Shown here piece by piece: positions 15,145 to 16,433 of a DNA stretch of 16,433 bases. The translations under genes were made by a program, and so were the position numbers. Each line of letters opens with the position of its first letter. The stretch's first letter is position 1. The stretch covers positions 1-16,433 of the forward strand of contig JANMKN010000142.1 in the NCBI GenBank assembly GCA_031372065.1. The letters run 5' to 3'. Origin of the DNA: Abditibacteriaceae bacterium. Its GTDB lineage: Bacteria; Armatimonadota; Abditibacteriia; Abditibacteriales; Abditibacteriaceae. Below the pieces are notes generated by a model. That model had not been told where the DNA came from and did no database searches. It saw only the letters and a program-made list of their open reading frames with translations.

Positions 15145-16290
15145 GAGGCCTGGACATAAATAGCCAAACGTAAAAAGGACTGCGTGCAACATTGCGCTGC
15201 ACGCAGTGAGCCTTCTAAGATTGTGGATACCACTCTACAATCAGGAGGCTTACTTTGAGCATACCGCAAGAACGTCTTACCGTCTCGTTAGTTGAATTGG
15301 TGGAGGAATTACCCTATTTTACGCTGGCTGTTGAGGCCCAACAAACTGGCCCACGCCGCCGAGGGCGTCCCAAGGTTTATCACGACAACCTGTTTTACAA
15401 AGCGTTGGTTATCATGGTGGTGCGTCGCCTGACCAGCGCGCATGAATTCTTACAGGTTTTGGAAGAACCCACTTTCGAAATGATGACTTTACGCAACCTT
15501 TTGACTTGCCGGGGCCGTTTTCCCTGCCGCCGCACTTGGGAACGCCGTTTCGCGTCCATGCCCGCCACCTTAGCCGATCAAATTGGGATGTTAGGACGCT
15601 ATCTGGTGGAACAGCTTGATCCTTTTGCCGCTTCGGGACGCGCGGCGGCGGTGGACTCAACACTTTTGCGCGCCTTTGGCGGTTATGTGTGGCATAAAAA
15701 AGATCGGCAGGCCGGTGTGGTGCCTCACCGGGGGATTGACGTGCAAGCGGGTTGGACTAAATCCGGGCATCATGGCTGGGTTTATGGCTGGAAATTGCAT
15801 TTGGCGGCGACCTGTGGTGAGGTTTGGATTCCTTTAGCAGCTCAACTAACGCCTGCCAACCAAGCGGATAATGAAGTCGCGCCCGCATTGCAGGAGCAAC
15901 TGCCTCTTTCGGTGCGTTTTCTATTGGGCGACACCCACTACAACACCTCTGATATTCGGGAAAACTGTGCCTTGCGAGGTCAGACTTTGGTGGCCTTTGG
16001 GCATGGGCGTTATCCTCACCCCGACGATAGCAACAACTCCAAAGAAGTGCGAAGACTCTTCCATAAACTGCGTTCTGTGACCATTGAAAACTTCAATCAA
16101 CAGTTCAAATCCCTCTTCGATGCCCATCGCCCTGTGCCGACCAAAGGACTCCTCAGAACCCAGAATTGGGCTTTAGGTGCGATTTTGACCTATCAACTGT
16201 TACTCTGGCACCGTTGGAAACAAAACTTGCCCTTGAGAGTGGGATTGAAATACGCGCTCAAAGCCGCTTGATGATTTATGTCCAGGCCTC
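15145..16290 (+). mobile_element. Insertion sequence, 1146 bp, DDE transposase (IS4/IS5/IS982-like; family not resolved)
   Basis: Perfect 17-bp terminal IRs GAGGCCTGGACATAAAT (15145-15161) / ATTTATGTCCAGGCCTC (16274-16290); 8-bp direct repeat AACTAATT at 15137-15144 and 16291-16298. Confidence 0.93.
15255..16271 (+). CDS. DDE transposase (DDE_Tnp_1-like)
   Basis: RRGRP N-terminus, AVDST, YGWKLHL, LLGDTHY, RSVTIENFN (D-D-E); AGGAGG RBS with TTG start; enclosed by IRs. Confidence 0.9.
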   Translation: MSIPQERLTVSLVELVEELPYFTLAVEAQQTGPRRRGRPKVYHDNLFYKALVIMVVRRLTSAHEFLQVLEEPTFEMMTLRNLLTCRGRFPCRRTWERRFASMPATLADQIGMLGRYLVEQLDPFAASGRAAAVDSTLLRAFGGYVWHKKDRQAGVVPHRGIDVQAGWTKSGHHGWVYGWKLHLAATCGEVWIPLAAQLTPANQADNEVAPALQEQLPLSVRFLLGDTHYNTSDIRENCALRGQTLVAFGHGRYPHPDDSNNSKEVRRLFHKLRSVTIENFNQQFKSLFDAHRPVPTKGLLRTQNWALGAILTYQLLLWHRWKQNLPLRVGLKYALKAA

Positions 16291-16293
16291 AAC

Positions 16294-16425
16294 TAATTAG
16301 TCGGACAGAATAGATTATGCCAAGGGAGAAGCATAAGCGACGGGCTTAACCGGCTCGGAGAAAATCCCGTCGCTTATGCTCTGGATTCTCAGGGATAGGC
16401 GAATTTAATTGTGTCCGACTAATTA
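16294..16425. mobile_element. MITE/REP-like 132-bp non-coding element with terminal and internal inverted repeats
   Basis: taattagtcggaca (16294-16307) / tgtccgactaatta (16412-16425); inner agcataagcgacggg (16330-16344) / cccgtcgcttatgct (16366-16380). Confidence 0.6.
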
Positions 16426-16433
16426 AGCACCCC

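Noticed and set aside
15179..15207. 10-bp hairpin upstream of the transposase as a separate element
   Set aside because: It lies inside the IS and is most simply part of its own expression control.

Overview
Bacterial chromosomal window with mostly housekeeping genes. These are an alr-cdaA-cdaR cluster (c-di-AMP), an exported thioredoxin-like/MsrB fusion, gnd, tRNA-Ala(TGC), tRNA-Leu(GAG) with secG, larB-larC, and a secreted tandem discoidin-like protein. At the right end, an intact 1146-bp DDE insertion sequence (17-bp IRs, 8-bp target duplication) has landed on the end of a 132-bp MITE-like element. The most interesting part is a co-oriented accessory block at about 4932-8372 on the minus strand. 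It contains a 154-aa helical hypothetical protein, then 12 x 21-bp hairpin-forming repeats, then an LRR-Roc-COR (Roco) protein. The Roco C-terminus carries an amyloid/RHIM-like G/N/I-rich motif and a helical domain, with a perfect Shine-Dalgarno in front of an in-frame internal ATG. I infer this could be an NLR-like signalling or defence module. Heptamer-repeat hairpins recur in several intergenic gaps. All calls are from reading motifs by eye; no database searches were run.
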